A DNA stretch of 52,317 nucleotides from a virus (Duplodnaviria; Caudoviricetes): IMG/VR virus record IMGVR_UViG_3300036828_000027, positions 1 to 52,317 of that record; one strand, 5' to 3'. Under the pieces are notes generated by a model that saw only the letters and a list, made by a program, of their open reading frames with translations, did no database searches and had not been told where the DNA came from. Below, one piece after another: positions 36,324-46,872 of this stretch. Position 1 is the first letter of the stretch; each line of letters begins with the position of its first letter. The position numbers and the translations under genes are program-made.

Positions 36324-38285
36324 TTGGCAATAGTCAGAGAACTTATAACAGTACTTGGAACTGAGTTTAGTGATAAGGGTCTCAGAGACTATGAACATGG
36401 TATTGAAAGAGTAAAGGAGATTGCATTAGGCGCTGCTAGCGCAATTGGTATTGCATTTTCAATAGACAAGATATCAGAATTTATTGATGGTCTAATCGAG
36501 AGTGGCCAAGAGGTCATGAAGATTAGAGCCCAGATAGCTAATATTGCCCGTCCTATGGACGATGTCAATGAAGCTATGTCTCGCACATTTGATATTGCAC
36601 AGAATATTGGTGCAACTTATACTGAAGTAGCAGATACATTTAGAGAATTTTTACAATCGTCAAAAGAAGCAAATGTATCGCAAGAAGAATTATTGGCTAC
36701 AACTGAAAATGTATACAAGGCATTAAAGGTTGATAGAGCATCATCTGAACAGCAGCAACATTTATTTGCTATTATAAATCGCATCGATGTAATTGGTAAA
36801 GCCAGTCCACGTATGATTGGTATGATAGCCAATACATCACGTTCTGCTTTAAATATGTTGGAAGGATACTTTAAGACCAATGAAGAAGGATTGCGAGCAT
36901 TAGCTAAGTCAGGCAAAATTACTTTTGAAGAATTAACAAAAGCATTAAGCAGAGTAAGTCCAGAACTTGAAGAAAAATTTGCTAAGGTTCCTTGGTCAAT
37001 AGGTCGCGCTTGGACTTATGCTCGCAATCAAATGGTATTGGGAGCAGCTGAGTTTCTTAAAGTAACAAGATTGTCTATATTACTTGGAACTGCTCTTAAA
37101 TGGTTGACTGATATAATTGTAAATATGTTTAGGTCATTCTTCAATGCTATTGGTGGATTGAAGAATGCTATTGAAGTATTAGGTATTGCAATGGCAGTTG
37201 TTCTCGGTCCGAGAATGCTGGCATATCTTATTGATATGGTCGCTTGGATGTGGAAGTTTACTGCAGCTAATTGGGCTGCTGTAGCTCCATGGGTCGCTAT
37301 GGCAGCAGCAGTAGCAGCTGTCGCTATTGCTATTCAAGACTTAGTATATTGGATACAAGGTAAGCCAAGTCTTATTGGAACTTGGGTTGGTTCGTTCAAA
37401 GACCTAAAATCTAACTTTGCCAATCTAGATATCTTTGCTGGGTTCCGAGTATTTGATGATTTGATGAAAGGTGAATGGAAGAAAGCAATAGAGGATTTGG
37501 GCATTGCTCTAACAGATACAAAAGCAATTGTATTAGAATTACTTGTTACAATAGGATTAGTAGGTGCAGCATTTACTGCTTGGAATTTGCTAAAGTTTAG
37601 TGGTATCATTAGTGCTGTTAGAGGACTCACTAATGTTATTCGTGGTGCTAAAACAGAAATTGAAGGTGTTGGAAAGGCTGCTGAAAGTGTAGGTAAAGGT
37701 GGTGCAGTTCCAGTTAAGACACCAGGGGCAGTGCCATTACTAGGTGGTCCAAGAGTAACAAAATTTGGTGGAGCAGCTGAAGGCGGATTAGGATTTGGTA
37801 TTGCCTTTGACTATGCTCAAAGAGAAGCAGCAAAGCGACCAGGCATAAAGGCAGCACAAGATAAACTAGCTGCTGATGTTGATGCATGGTTACTTGAACA
37901 TACTAGATATATGAAACCAGGACTTGGTAAACTTGGAGAATATATTTGGGGTCCAGATGCGCCAAAGACATCGCCTGCTTATGGTGGAGCATCAGTTGAT
38001 CCTAATACTGGATTGTTTGGAACTCCTGGCGGTGGTGGATTGGGTCGTCAACCTTATAATGTCCCGCCAGGAGCGATAGGACCAGGTGCAGTGCCAACAA
38101 CTAATAATGACAATAAACAAATAACGTTCAATCAATCTAACTCTGTGACTGTACAAGTGCAAGATGATACTGGACTTGCTAGTAGAATAGCAACCTCGAT
38201 AGGCAACTATGCTGGGGAGATGTTTAGTGGCATCGCAAGAGACTTGGGTAGGTCTAGTCCAAGAACAGAGGCAGCGACTCAGTAG
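36324..38285 (+). CDS. tape measure protein
   Basis: MAIVRELIT start, helical Ala-rich sequence with hydrophobic segments; position. Confidence 0.9.
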   Translation: MAIVRELITVLGTEFSDKGLRDYEHGIERVKEIALGAASAIGIAFSIDKISEFIDGLIESGQEVMKIRAQIANIARPMDDVNEAMSRTFDIAQNIGATYTEVADTFREFLQSSKEANVSQEELLATTENVYKALKVDRASSEQQQHLFAIINRIDVIGKASPRMIGMIANTSRSALNMLEGYFKTNEEGLRALAKSGKITFEELTKALSRVSPELEEKFAKVPWSIGRAWTYARNQMVLGAAEFLKVTRLSILLGTALKWLTDIIVNMFRSFFNAIGGLKNAIEVLGIAMAVVLGPRMLAYLIDMVAWMWKFTAANWAAVAPWVAMAAAVAAVAIAIQDLVYWIQGKPSLIGTWVGSFKDLKSNFANLDIFAGFRVFDDLMKGEWKKAIEDLGIALTDTKAIVLELLVTIGLVGAAFTAWNLLKFSGIISAVRGLTNVIRGAKTEIEGVGKAAESVGKGGAVPVKTPGAVPLLGGPRVTKFGGAAEGGLGFGIAFDYAQREAAKRPGIKAAQDKLAADVDAWLLEHTRYMKPGLGKLGEYIWGPDAPKTSPAYGGASVDPNTGLFGTPGGGGLGRQPYNVPPGAIGPGAVPTTNNDNKQITFNQSNSVTVQVQDDTGLASRIATSIGNYAGEMFSGIARDLGRSSPRTEAATQ

Positions 38286-38371
38286 GCATTGTATTAGACA
38301 TGGAACATATTACTATAGCACTAATTGCCCTGAATGTATTATCAGTAAAACTGTATTGTGTGAGTTTGTAG

Positions 38372-38992
38372 ATGGCTCTATATGGAGTGTTTCAACCCCA
38401 ACAGCAAAGTTCCCTCGCATATCTAGAACTAGACGTGCTCGTTACTGAGTCTGTTTCTTTACCTAGTGATGTAACCAAGTATCCCATTGAAGATGGCAGT
38501 GGAGATTTAACTGATCACATAACGGCTCATAATGAAGAACTTAAGATCAGCGGAGCAATATCATCAGCATCTAGTTTTGGTATAGAGTTCGGTCCACTTT
38601 GTTATTCTAAATTGATTGATGCTGTAGAACAACTAAGGAAGATGCACAAGGAAAGAAAAACAATAACAATTACGACTGGACTTGGCCAATATGAAGATAT
38701 GGCATTTACTGATCTAACTATTGAAAGATCAAACAATGCTACTACTGGCGGGCAATGGCTAACTATAAATGCTGGTCTGCGTAAGATAATCAAAGTAACA
38801 CTACAGACTGCCGATCTACCTCCAGAACAAAATGCTTCTGCTGATGCGAAAGGTAAGATGGGTAAGACGCAACAAAAGGTAAGCAAAGCTAGTAGTGATA
38901 CAACTCCTGGCGGTAGCTTGGCATTGAATGGCGCAGAAACCATAAGAGCGAAAGGTGGACCCAATATTATTGGTCCACAGGGTGGAACTTAG
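38372..38992 (+). CDS. baseplate/tube-initiator (Dit-like) protein
   Basis: LDVLVTE...VTKYPIEDG...DH, TGLGQYEDM. Confidence 0.8.
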   Translation: MALYGVFQPQQQSSLAYLELDVLVTESVSLPSDVTKYPIEDGSGDLTDHITAHNEELKISGAISSASSFGIEFGPLCYSKLIDAVEQLRKMHKERKTITITTGLGQYEDMAFTDLTIERSNNATTGGQWLTINAGLRKIIKVTLQTADLPPEQNASADAKGKMGKTQQKVSKASSDTTPGGSLALNGAETIRAKGGPNIIGPQGGT

Positions 38993-38993
38993 A

Positions 38994-39365
38994 ATGATTA
39001 TTATTCCAGTACAAGATTTGAATAGCCAAGCACTTGAAGTAGAGCTAGATGGCTTGGTATTCTATATTGTATTGAATTGGAATGATAGTGGACAATATTG
39101 GCATATGAGTATTCGTAATTCTGCCTACCAGCATTTGGTCGATGGTATATCAGTATCAGCTAACTATCCTTTGACTTGGCAATTCAGATATTCAGATATG
39201 CCGCCAGGAGAATTGCAAGTATTGACTCAATATTATAGAAGTGGTCCGGTCCCAAGAGATGGATTTAGTAGTGGCATTTATACATTAGTCTATCAAGAAT
39301 ATGCTGATTTAGTTGCTCTTGGTGTAATGCCAGAGTATGGGGAGACTTCTCCAATTGTTATATGA
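38994..39365 (+). CDS. small baseplate protein
   Basis: ELDG...LNWN...W.MSI pattern; position. Confidence 0.7.
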   Translation: MIIIPVQDLNSQALEVELDGLVFYIVLNWNDSGQYWHMSIRNSAYQHLVDGISVSANYPLTWQFRYSDMPPGELQVLTQYYRSGPVPRDGFSSGIYTLVYQEYADLVALGVMPEYGETSPIVI

Positions 39366-40347
39366 TAGAACGTATAGGTTATTGGTGGGTAAGAAAGGTC
39401 AATCTCAAGGTGTAGAGATTACTGACTCTTTGCGTATTCAATTTGATATTGAAAAGACTGCCAAGAAAAATCCTAACAAGAGCACTATTAAAGTATACAA
39501 TTTGAGGAAAGAAACAAGAGCAGAGTTTGAAAAGCCTGATACTAGAGTTGTGTTATATGCTGGATACAAGGACGAAGCAGGAGCAATATTAATCTTTCAA
39601 GGTAGTGTAAGTTATGCGTGGTCAAGAAAAGATGGACCTGATCTTATTACGGAATTTGAACTTGGAGATGGTGCTACAGAAATACGTGATACGACAATAT
39701 CAGTTGGCTACGGTAAAGGTATTAAATCAACTCAAGTTCTCAATGATGTCTCCAAACAGATGGGGCTGCCGTTAACTTTGCCCAATAATGCTCCAACTAG
39801 AGTTTGGAATAATGGCCTGTCGTTTCATGGTCCTGCTAGAACATTATTAGATAAGGTTACTAAAGGAACCAATCTAGAATGGTCTATACAGAATGGAAAC
39901 TTACAGGTCATAGAGAATGGTATGGTAACAACTAGACAAGGGATATTGATATCACAGAGTAGTGGTATGATTGGTTCTCCTGAAAGAGAACGATTGGCCA
40001 AAGCGCATACGCATGCTAAAGATAAAGGCAAGACTGTCGGACAGCCAATCATAGAACCTGATTATGATGGCTGGAAAGTAAAGTCATTGCTTATGCCTAC
40101 ACTTAATCCTGGTGATAGAATTCAACTAGAGGCACTATTTGTAACTGGGATTTACAGAATAGAAGAAATCAAACACCAAGGAGATAGTGATGCCACTGGC
40201 GATTGGCAATCAGAATTGCGCGTTGTCGATCCTAGAAAGCCAATAAAGGATACTAAAGGTGCTACTCAAAAAGGAACAGTAAGTGATGATTCTATTACTG
40301 AGGATGATTTGATAGACGCTGGAGGAATGCTCTATGTTGCGGCTTAA
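39337..40347 (+). CDS. baseplate hub protein
   Basis: [32 protein letters not shown]. Confidence 0.85.
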   Translation: MGRLLQLLYDRTYRLLVGKKGQSQGVEITDSLRIQFDIEKTAKKNPNKSTIKVYNLRKETRAEFEKPDTRVVLYAGYKDEAGAILIFQGSVSYAWSRKDGPDLITEFELGDGATEIRDTTISVGYGKGIKSTQVLNDVSKQMGLPLTLPNNAPTRVWNNGLSFHGPARTLLDKVTKGTNLEWSIQNGNLQVIENGMVTTRQGILISQSSGMIGSPERERLAKAHTHAKDKGKTVGQPIIEPDYDGWKVKSLLMPTLNPGDRIQLEALFVTGIYRIEEIKHQGDSDATGDWQSELRVVDPRKPIKDTKGATQKGTVSDDSITEDDLIDAGGMLYVAA

Positions 40348-42421
40348 TCTAACTGAACTAATTGAGCAGCAAATAGAGGTTCAACTTGGCAATACTTTGA
40401 ATACAAGTATGCCAGCCAAGATCATTAGTTATAATGCAGCAACTAATCGTGCTGTTGTAAAGCCTGTATTGCCTAAGAGACTAGCAAGTGAAGAGCCATT
40501 AGACTCACCTCAAATTGTAGAAGTTCCAGTTGTATTCCCTGCTTCTGGCGGTGGTAAAGCTAGTATGACTTTCCCGCTTAAGCCAGGTGATGGAGTTATG
40601 CTTGCTGTTCAACAAAGATCAATGGAAGGATGGCTGGATGGCAAAGAAACGATGCCGGATGATCCTCGGCAATTCGATCTTTCTGATAGTGTGGCCATTG
40701 CTGGCTGTCAGCCTTCTGGTATTGTTGGTGATCCCGACAATGTTGTTTTGAAGTTTGATAAATGCACTGTCACTCTAACAAAAGATAATAGTGTAGTAGT
40801 AGCAACAGAGAAAGCCAATATAGTTGTAGATAAAGATGGCAACATAAACCAAACAGCACAGCAATCATATGTCGTTACTGCGCCTGCAATAACCTTGGGA
40901 GGATCAGGTTTAGATCGCGCGCCTGGCAATATTCAAGTTAACTCGCATATGCATATTCTACCACCTGCTTCTGCTGATGAAGCTGCCAATAAAGAATATG
41001 TTGATAGTGTAGCTAGTAGTGGAGTTCAAGGCCCACCTGGACCGCAGGGACCAGAGGGACCACAAGGTGAAATAGGACCACCAGGACCACAAGGCCCAAC
41101 TGGCGCTGATTCTACTGTTCCAGGACCGCAAGGACCACAAGGTAATACTGGACCTGCTGGACCTAAAGGTGATACTGGTCAACAAGGCCCAACTGGTCCA
41201 CAAGGGCCACAAGGAGCAGACAGTACAGTTCCAGGGCCAGTAGGACCGCAAGGACCAATTGGAGATACTGGACCTCAAGGCCCACAAGGAGATACTGGAC
41301 CTCAAGGCCCACAAGGAGCTATACCTGAAGCTCCAAATGATATTTCTACTTATGGTAGATCAAGTAATGCTTGGGTGCCAATTCCTGAATTGAAATGGAT
41401 TGCTAATAATATTGGTTGGGACCCTGGTAATATTGATCCCAATAATCAAGGACATATTGGAACATGGATAGTTTCAAATCAAGATGATGCTGCTTTAGGA
41501 TGGCCTGCTAGTAATCCTGATAAAACTGCAATGATTTTACATGGCTATAATAGTAATGCTGGATGGCAAAACCAATTGATGATGGGTGGTCGTGAGCGAG
41601 GTGGCGGTCCAGCAATTTGGTATCGTAGCACTCAAGATGGCGATTGGGGACCATGGAGCCGTTTATTTAGTGATGCTGGTGGAACAATTAGTGGACCTGT
41701 AACTCTTAATGCTGCATTGATTACTAATGATATTGCAAGTCATAGATCAGGCATTGATTTTAACAGCGCTGTTGTATCTAGTCCAAATGATCTTTCAAAA
41801 CATATTAATATGTATGGCGGAATGTATGGTTTCAATATTACTGGTAGCACACTGAATTATAATAGTGGAGTTGTACATAATTGGTGGGTTGGTCTGACTA
41901 ATGTAATGATGCTTAACTCTAGTGGCTTAAGCATGTATGCCCCAATCATTCTGCCTAGTGAACCTATAGGTTTATGGGAAGCAGTTCCTAAAATTTATTC
42001 TGATCGCAACAAAACTCGTGGTCTTATAGATGTAACTTCTGGCGCAGTTACTGCGACTGATAGTGAAGTAGATTATGCTTATATTTACATCTATGGATCG
42101 CCTACTGCCCCAGCCACAGTTACAATGCCAGTGACAACTACCACTCGCATAATGTGGACGCTCAATAATACAACACAACAACCAGTTACATTCCAAGGAG
42201 TAAGTGGCGGCACTATTACTGTGCATTCTGGCGCTTCGCAAGGAGTATGGACCGATACTGGTGGCATTTATCCATTATATAATGCCGGTCAAACACGACC
42301 AGCTGGAGACAACTCGACGTTCTGGGCCACTACTGAATATGTAGACACACAAATAACTACCCTGTCAGCTAGACTTGCTACTCTTGAAGCTGCTAACTCG
42401 CAATGGGACGTAGGAGTGTAA
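40334..42421 (+). CDS. central spike (Gp138-like N-terminus) fused to collagen, foldon-like and fibre-like domains
   Basis: VPVVFP..GG...FPLKPGD, RQFDLSD; about 31 Gly-X-Y triplets; IPEAPND...YGR...WV. Confidence 0.85.
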   Translation: MLRLNLTELIEQQIEVQLGNTLNTSMPAKIISYNAATNRAVVKPVLPKRLASEEPLDSPQIVEVPVVFPASGGGKASMTFPLKPGDGVMLAVQQRSMEGWLDGKETMPDDPRQFDLSDSVAIAGCQPSGIVGDPDNVVLKFDKCTVTLTKDNSVVVATEKANIVVDKDGNINQTAQQSYVVTAPAITLGGSGLDRAPGNIQVNSHMHILPPASADEAANKEYVDSVASSGVQGPPGPQGPEGPQGEIGPPGPQGPTGADSTVPGPQGPQGNTGPAGPKGDTGQQGPTGPQGPQGADSTVPGPVGPQGPIGDTGPQGPQGDTGPQGPQGAIPEAPNDISTYGRSSNAWVPIPELKWIANNIGWDPGNIDPNNQGHIGTWIVSNQDDAALGWPASNPDKTAMILHGYNSNAGWQNQLMMGGRERGGGPAIWYRSTQDGDWGPWSRLFSDAGGTISGPVTLNAALITNDIASHRSGIDFNSAVVSSPNDLSKHINMYGGMYGFNITGSTLNYNSGVVHNWWVGLTNVMMLNSSGLSMYAPIILPSEPIGLWEAVPKIYSDRNKTRGLIDVTSGAVTATDSEVDYAYIYIYGSPTAPATVTMPVTTTTRIMWTLNNTTQQPVTFQGVSGGTITVHSGASQGVWTDTGGIYPLYNAGQTRPAGDNSTFWATTEYVDTQITTLSARLATLEAANSQWDVGV

Positions 42422-42424
42422 TCA

Positions 42425-42748
42425 ATGTCCACAATTCAAATCTCTAATCAAACGCCATTCGGTGGTATGACTAATCGAATGGTTGCTAGTATCCTTAGCA
42501 ACAATACTTCTATGCTTAGACTCAAAGAAGCAATAGCTACTGCTAATGCTGGTTATGAAGGTGTAGCTGGCGTTCAATTTGAAGACCCTCAAGGTTTGTT
42601 CGGAGTAAAGGCTGACCCATCTGCGCCAGGAGTAAGAGGTTCAGACTATGCTTATGCTATGGATAGTTTGTCTGCAGTATGGGCAACATTCTGGGAGGCT
42701 GCTCAACCATATCTCAAACAGCTAGACAATGGCTCTATGTCAATGTGA
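42425..42748 (+). CDS. hypothetical protein
   Basis: Coupled ORF with an AGGAG RBS. Confidence 0.7.
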   Translation: MSTIQISNQTPFGGMTNRMVASILSNNTSMLRLKEAIATANAGYEGVAGVQFEDPQGLFGVKADPSAPGVRGSDYAYAMDSLSAVWATFWEAAQPYLKQLDNGSMSM

Positions 42749-42756
42749 GGTGAACT

Positions 42757-42939
42757 ATGACACTACTATTGATAATACTCATATTGTTTCTTCTGTTTGG
42801 TGGAGGTTACTATTACAGATCAAGTCCTGTTCCATACAACGCATATAATCCCATTGGCATTATATTCATAATTATTATTGTATTACTATTGCTTGCTGTA
42901 TTTGGTGGACCTAGATTTGGTTGGTGGGGTTATTGGTAA
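42757..42939 (+). CDS. small two-TM membrane protein (DUF3309-like)
   Basis: LLIILILFLLFGGGYYY...GIIFIIIIVLLLL. Confidence 0.65.
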   Translation: MTLLLIILILFLLFGGGYYYRSSPVPYNAYNPIGIIFIIIIVLLLLAVFGGPRFGWWGYW

Positions 42940-43364
42940 TGGCGGCTGATCTAGCATTGAATAGAGTAGATCACGATTTGGTATGGCACCTTATAAATCC
43001 ACCACCAACATCTGAGCCTAAAACAGAACAAGTTCCAAAGTATGAGATTTGGTTAATAGATAGTGCAGATAAGGTAGCTCAGCAAATCAAAATCAATTTA
43101 CTATCGTTACTTGGGGAGTGGTTCTTAGATGATCGCTACGGAGTTCCATACCTGGAAGAAATACTCATTAAAAACCCTCGCATGTCAAGTGTTGAAACTA
43201 TACTTAGGAATCATATTTCTTCTGTGCCTAACGTGCTTCGCATCACTAGCTTTGGTCTTGGTTGGAACCGCCAGATGCGCACTCTTTCTGTGGAATTTGC
43301 CTGCGATACTGATTTGGGGCCAATCGAAGAAAGTGTAAAGTTGGAGGTGTTCCCTCGTGTCTGA
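42939..43364 (+). CDS. baseplate sheath-initiator (gp25-like)
   Basis: VAQQIKINL...GEWFLD...GVPY. Confidence 0.85.
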   Translation: MAADLALNRVDHDLVWHLINPPPTSEPKTEQVPKYEIWLIDSADKVAQQIKINLLSLLGEWFLDDRYGVPYLEEILIKNPRMSSVETILRNHISSVPNVLRITSFGLGWNRQMRTLSVEFACDTDLGPIEESVKLEVFPRV

Positions 43365-44823
43365 TACCATTAATGTTGGTGATTATGGTCTATTGGCTAC
43401 TGGATTTTCGCGTATGCGATTTCCAGAAATTAGACAACAAATCATAGACACATTACAACAAAAGACTGGAGTAACATTTGAGACCAGAACAGATTCAATT
43501 ACGGGTCAGTTCATTGATACGTTCGCTGAACGCGAAGCAACGTTATGGGAATTGGCTGAGGCTGTCTATCATGCTATGTATCCTAATTCTGCTACAGGTA
43601 TTAATCTTGATCACTCTGTTTCTTTTGCTGGAGTAAGGAGACTATTTGCAGAGCGATCATCCTCCTGGGGTGTTTGCTATGGAGTAGAAACTACAGTTGT
43701 TCCTGCTAGCAGCATAGTTCGCAATAACAATACACAAGATAATTTCTTGTTGGATAAAGATGTAACCATATCTAGACAAACAACTATTGATACTACTTTA
43801 CAAGTAATGGATGCCATTGTAGGTGGAGAATACTGGATACAAATCAATACTATAATGCATCTCTATATTTGTGTTGCGGGAGATACTCCTTTAACAATTG
43901 CAGATGCTCTATACACCCAACTATTAAATATGAATTTGGTAATTGAATTAGATGCTAATTATATTCGCATATATGGAATAGAATCAATCCCATTTGCTCT
44001 TCAACTATCCACCAACATAGGTATTTCAAAAATAGGATCGCCTGCTAATTTTACTGCTGAGAATTTCGGGCCAATAGATATTGCTGCTCATAGTCTAACT
44101 ATAATTGTTTCCACTATGACTGGCTGGACAGCAGTAGACAATATTGTTGCTGGTAGAATGGGTCGCAATCTAGAGACAGATGATGAACTTAGACTGCGAT
44201 ATGATCGAGGCGTATTTAGACTTGGCGCTACTACAATAGAAACAATACGCTCTAATCTGTTGCAAAATGTTCAAGGTATTCTTAATGTTCAAGTATATGA
44301 AAATACAGAAGATGTTGCTGATAGTGATGGTCGCCCACCCCATAGTATAGAAGTAATTGCACGTGGCGGTGACCCGCAAGATATAGCTGATCAAATATGG
44401 TTATTGAAAGCGGGTGGCATTGATACTTTTGGAGACACAACTGTTCAAGTAGTAGACAGTATTAATGTCACACACCAGATTAATTTCAGTAGAGCAATAC
44501 CAATTTATATTTGGGTGAATGTAGATATAACATTATACGATGAAGAAATATTCCCTGACAATGGTATCGAGCTTATTCAACAGATTGTTACTAACACAGG
44601 CAATACATTCGGAATTGGCAAAGACGTTATTATTCAACGTTTCTTTGGTCCGATCTATGCCACTGTATCTGGAATTGGCAAGATAGATATTACTGCTGTT
44701 GGTTTATCCGATCCTGCTGGCGTCCCGGCGCCAGGAGATTATGTGGCTGCCAATATACCTATATCACCAAGAGAACTATCAACATTCATTATAACTAACA
44801 TTACTGTGAAGACATCTACATGA
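43357..44823 (+). CDS. baseplate J-like wedge protein
   Basis: ATGINLD, GRNLETDDELRLR, PPHSIEV, KAGGIDTFG. Confidence 0.92.
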   Translation: MSDTINVGDYGLLATGFSRMRFPEIRQQIIDTLQQKTGVTFETRTDSITGQFIDTFAEREATLWELAEAVYHAMYPNSATGINLDHSVSFAGVRRLFAERSSSWGVCYGVETTVVPASSIVRNNNTQDNFLLDKDVTISRQTTIDTTLQVMDAIVGGEYWIQINTIMHLYICVAGDTPLTIADALYTQLLNMNLVIELDANYIRIYGIESIPFALQLSTNIGISKIGSPANFTAENFGPIDIAAHSLTIIVSTMTGWTAVDNIVAGRMGRNLETDDELRLRYDRGVFRLGATTIETIRSNLLQNVQGILNVQVYENTEDVADSDGRPPHSIEVIARGGDPQDIADQIWLLKAGGIDTFGDTTVQVVDSINVTHQINFSRAIPIYIWVNVDITLYDEEIFPDNGIELIQQIVTNTGNTFGIGKDVIIQRFFGPIYATVSGIGKIDITAVGLSDPAGVPAPGDYVAANIPISPRELSTFIITNITVKTST

Positions 44824-45434
44824 GCGACACTCTAAACTTTCCCCACGATCATGGCGAGATCGCTTGGGGCCATATGCTTGCCCAACATTTCAATAAGGAG
44901 AATACTGAAGATTTTGTTAAGTCATTCTATCCTCCACTCAACGTCCTTGATAAAGCATTACAGGATTTGTATACTAGGAGATGGCTTGAAACAGCTGAAG
45001 GCGAACAGTTAGATGGCATTGGTTATATTGTAGGTATAGCGCGCGTCATTTCTGGTTCTATTTATGGTGAGTTCTTTGGATTTGTTACTCAGATAGCTGG
45101 TCGAGCATTTGGAGTAGCAAGAATGCGGCGCAAAGGTGAGCCTTGGTCATTTAGTTCTGTGCTAGGCGATACTGAATATAGAACATTGATCAAACTAAAG
45201 ATTGCTTTGAATAATGGGCATGGCACTGCTGAAGAAATAATGCAAGCTTATAACATGACATTAACTGTAACTGGAACTATAGTTAATGATACTGGCAATG
45301 CTACGGCTGATGTTGTGATCAATGATTATATACCTTCGAATGATCCTCGATCGCAACTATTCAATTACATGATACCCAAGTCTGCTGGTGTTAAACTTAA
45401 CATTGTAACTCTAGCTGCACCGCCAGGAGAATAG
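44820..45434 (+). CDS. baseplate wedge protein (DUF2612-like)
   Basis: AEGEQLDGIGYIVG, YRTLIKLKI, PKSAGV. Confidence 0.88.
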   Translation: MSDTLNFPHDHGEIAWGHMLAQHFNKENTEDFVKSFYPPLNVLDKALQDLYTRRWLETAEGEQLDGIGYIVGIARVISGSIYGEFFGFVTQIAGRAFGVARMRRKGEPWSFSSVLGDTEYRTLIKLKIALNNGHGTAEEIMQAYNMTLTVTGTIVNDTGNATADVVINDYIPSNDPRSQLFNYMIPKSAGVKLNIVTLAAPPGE

Positions 45435-45436
45435 GG

Positions 45437-46639
45437 ATGGTATCTCTAATTGATTTCACTAAACCTATATATGGCGAACCGACTACACAAAGCGTGAGAG
45501 ATAACTTTCAAATAGCAAATCAAGAAATAACTGATATACAGAACCTATTGACTGGTGACCTAGGTTTCATTTCTCAAGGTGATGCTGATCTACGTTACTT
45601 GCAACTAATTGGAGGTGTATTAACTGGTGATTTGAATGGCGCTGGTGTTTATGGAACTTCTGTTAGTTCATCAGGTAATGTAAATGCCACTGGCGTATTT
45701 ACTGGAGGTTCTGTAGACGTAACAGGTAATGTAAGATCAGGCAGCAGTCTAATGGTGGCCAGCGGCATTACTTTTGTCGCGGACAATTATGCTTATTATA
45801 GTGGTCGATCTAGTTCTGATGGCGTCTGGCGTTGGGTTCAGAATAACGCTGAGTTAATGTCTTTAGATACTGCTGGAAGTTTACATGCAATAGGTAATAT
45901 GTGGTGTAATGCTGGTCTATGGTGTTATGGAAGTCTGTTAGCATATAGTGGTCGTATTTTATCTCAGGCTGGAGCTAATAACGTTTCAGTAACTTGTTAT
46001 GATACATCACTGGGTTATGCTGCTGGCATGTGTGTTCAATCTGGCAATGCTGCAGGTCTATTTTTTGGCGCAATGGATGGTAATGGAAATGTAGCTGCTT
46101 GGTTAGGATATATTGCTGCTGGTTCTATTGGATGCAATAATGCCTCAGCTGCTTTCTGTAATTATAATGGCGCCTATTCTTTATTGTGGGGTGATCAGAC
46201 TGCTATGACTGTTCCTGGTGCGGCTTGGAAACCTGGAGGTGGATCATGGGCTGATAGTTCTGATTTAAGAATTAAGAACGTGATTGGCGATTATACTTCT
46301 GGCCTGGAGGCAATACTAGCACTCCGCCCCATTCGTTATAATCTCAAAGGCAATTGGAGTTATATTGAAGGTCGAAATGCCGAGGTATCACGCGACAAGA
46401 AACCAGCAATACAAGCGCCACATGATATTGCAGCTGAAGCAGGAACAGAATTTATTGGCTTTGTTGCTCAAGAGTTGGAAACTATAATGCCAGAAATGGT
46501 CAATAAAATACCTGCTAAGATTGATGGTAAACTAGTAGATGATCTACGGACTGTAGACATTACTGCTTTACCATTTGCATTGGTTAATGCTATTAAGGAG
46601 ATCAATGCTAGACTAACAGGACTAGAAGCCCGTGTTTGA
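45437..46639 (+). CDS. tail fibre with a C-terminal intramolecular chaperone (peptidase S74)
   Basis: WADSSDLRIKN, LRPIRY, GFVAQE, LVNAIKEINARL. Confidence 0.9.
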   Translation: MVSLIDFTKPIYGEPTTQSVRDNFQIANQEITDIQNLLTGDLGFISQGDADLRYLQLIGGVLTGDLNGAGVYGTSVSSSGNVNATGVFTGGSVDVTGNVRSGSSLMVASGITFVADNYAYYSGRSSSDGVWRWVQNNAELMSLDTAGSLHAIGNMWCNAGLWCYGSLLAYSGRILSQAGANNVSVTCYDTSLGYAAGMCVQSGNAAGLFFGAMDGNGNVAAWLGYIAAGSIGCNNASAAFCNYNGAYSLLWGDQTAMTVPGAAWKPGGGSWADSSDLRIKNVIGDYTSGLEAILALRPIRYNLKGNWSYIEGRNAEVSRDKKPAIQAPHDIAAEAGTEFIGFVAQELETIMPEMVNKIPAKIDGKLVDDLRTVDITALPFALVNAIKEINARLTGLEARV

Positions 46640-46871
46640 CGGAACTGACTATAACCCAAGGAGAAAGCGATTGGCTATACAAATTGAACTTCCACAGGAG
46701 GAATGGATTAAGATATTGGATATGCTCGCAGACTATCCATTCAGAAGAGTTGCTCCACTAATACAAACTTTACAACAGCAACTAATGCCACAAATGCAGC
46801 AACCGATGCCACAAATGCCACAAAGAAACAATGGTGAAGCTCGCACACCGCCGCCAGGAGGAAACAACTAA
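46632..46871 (+). CDS. small fibre-associated protein
   Basis: LADYPFRRVAPLI..LQQQ. Confidence 0.6.
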   Translation: MFDGTDYNPRRKRLAIQIELPQEEWIKILDMLADYPFRRVAPLIQTLQQQLMPQMQQPMPQMPQRNNGEARTPPPGGNN

Positions 46872-46872
46872 T

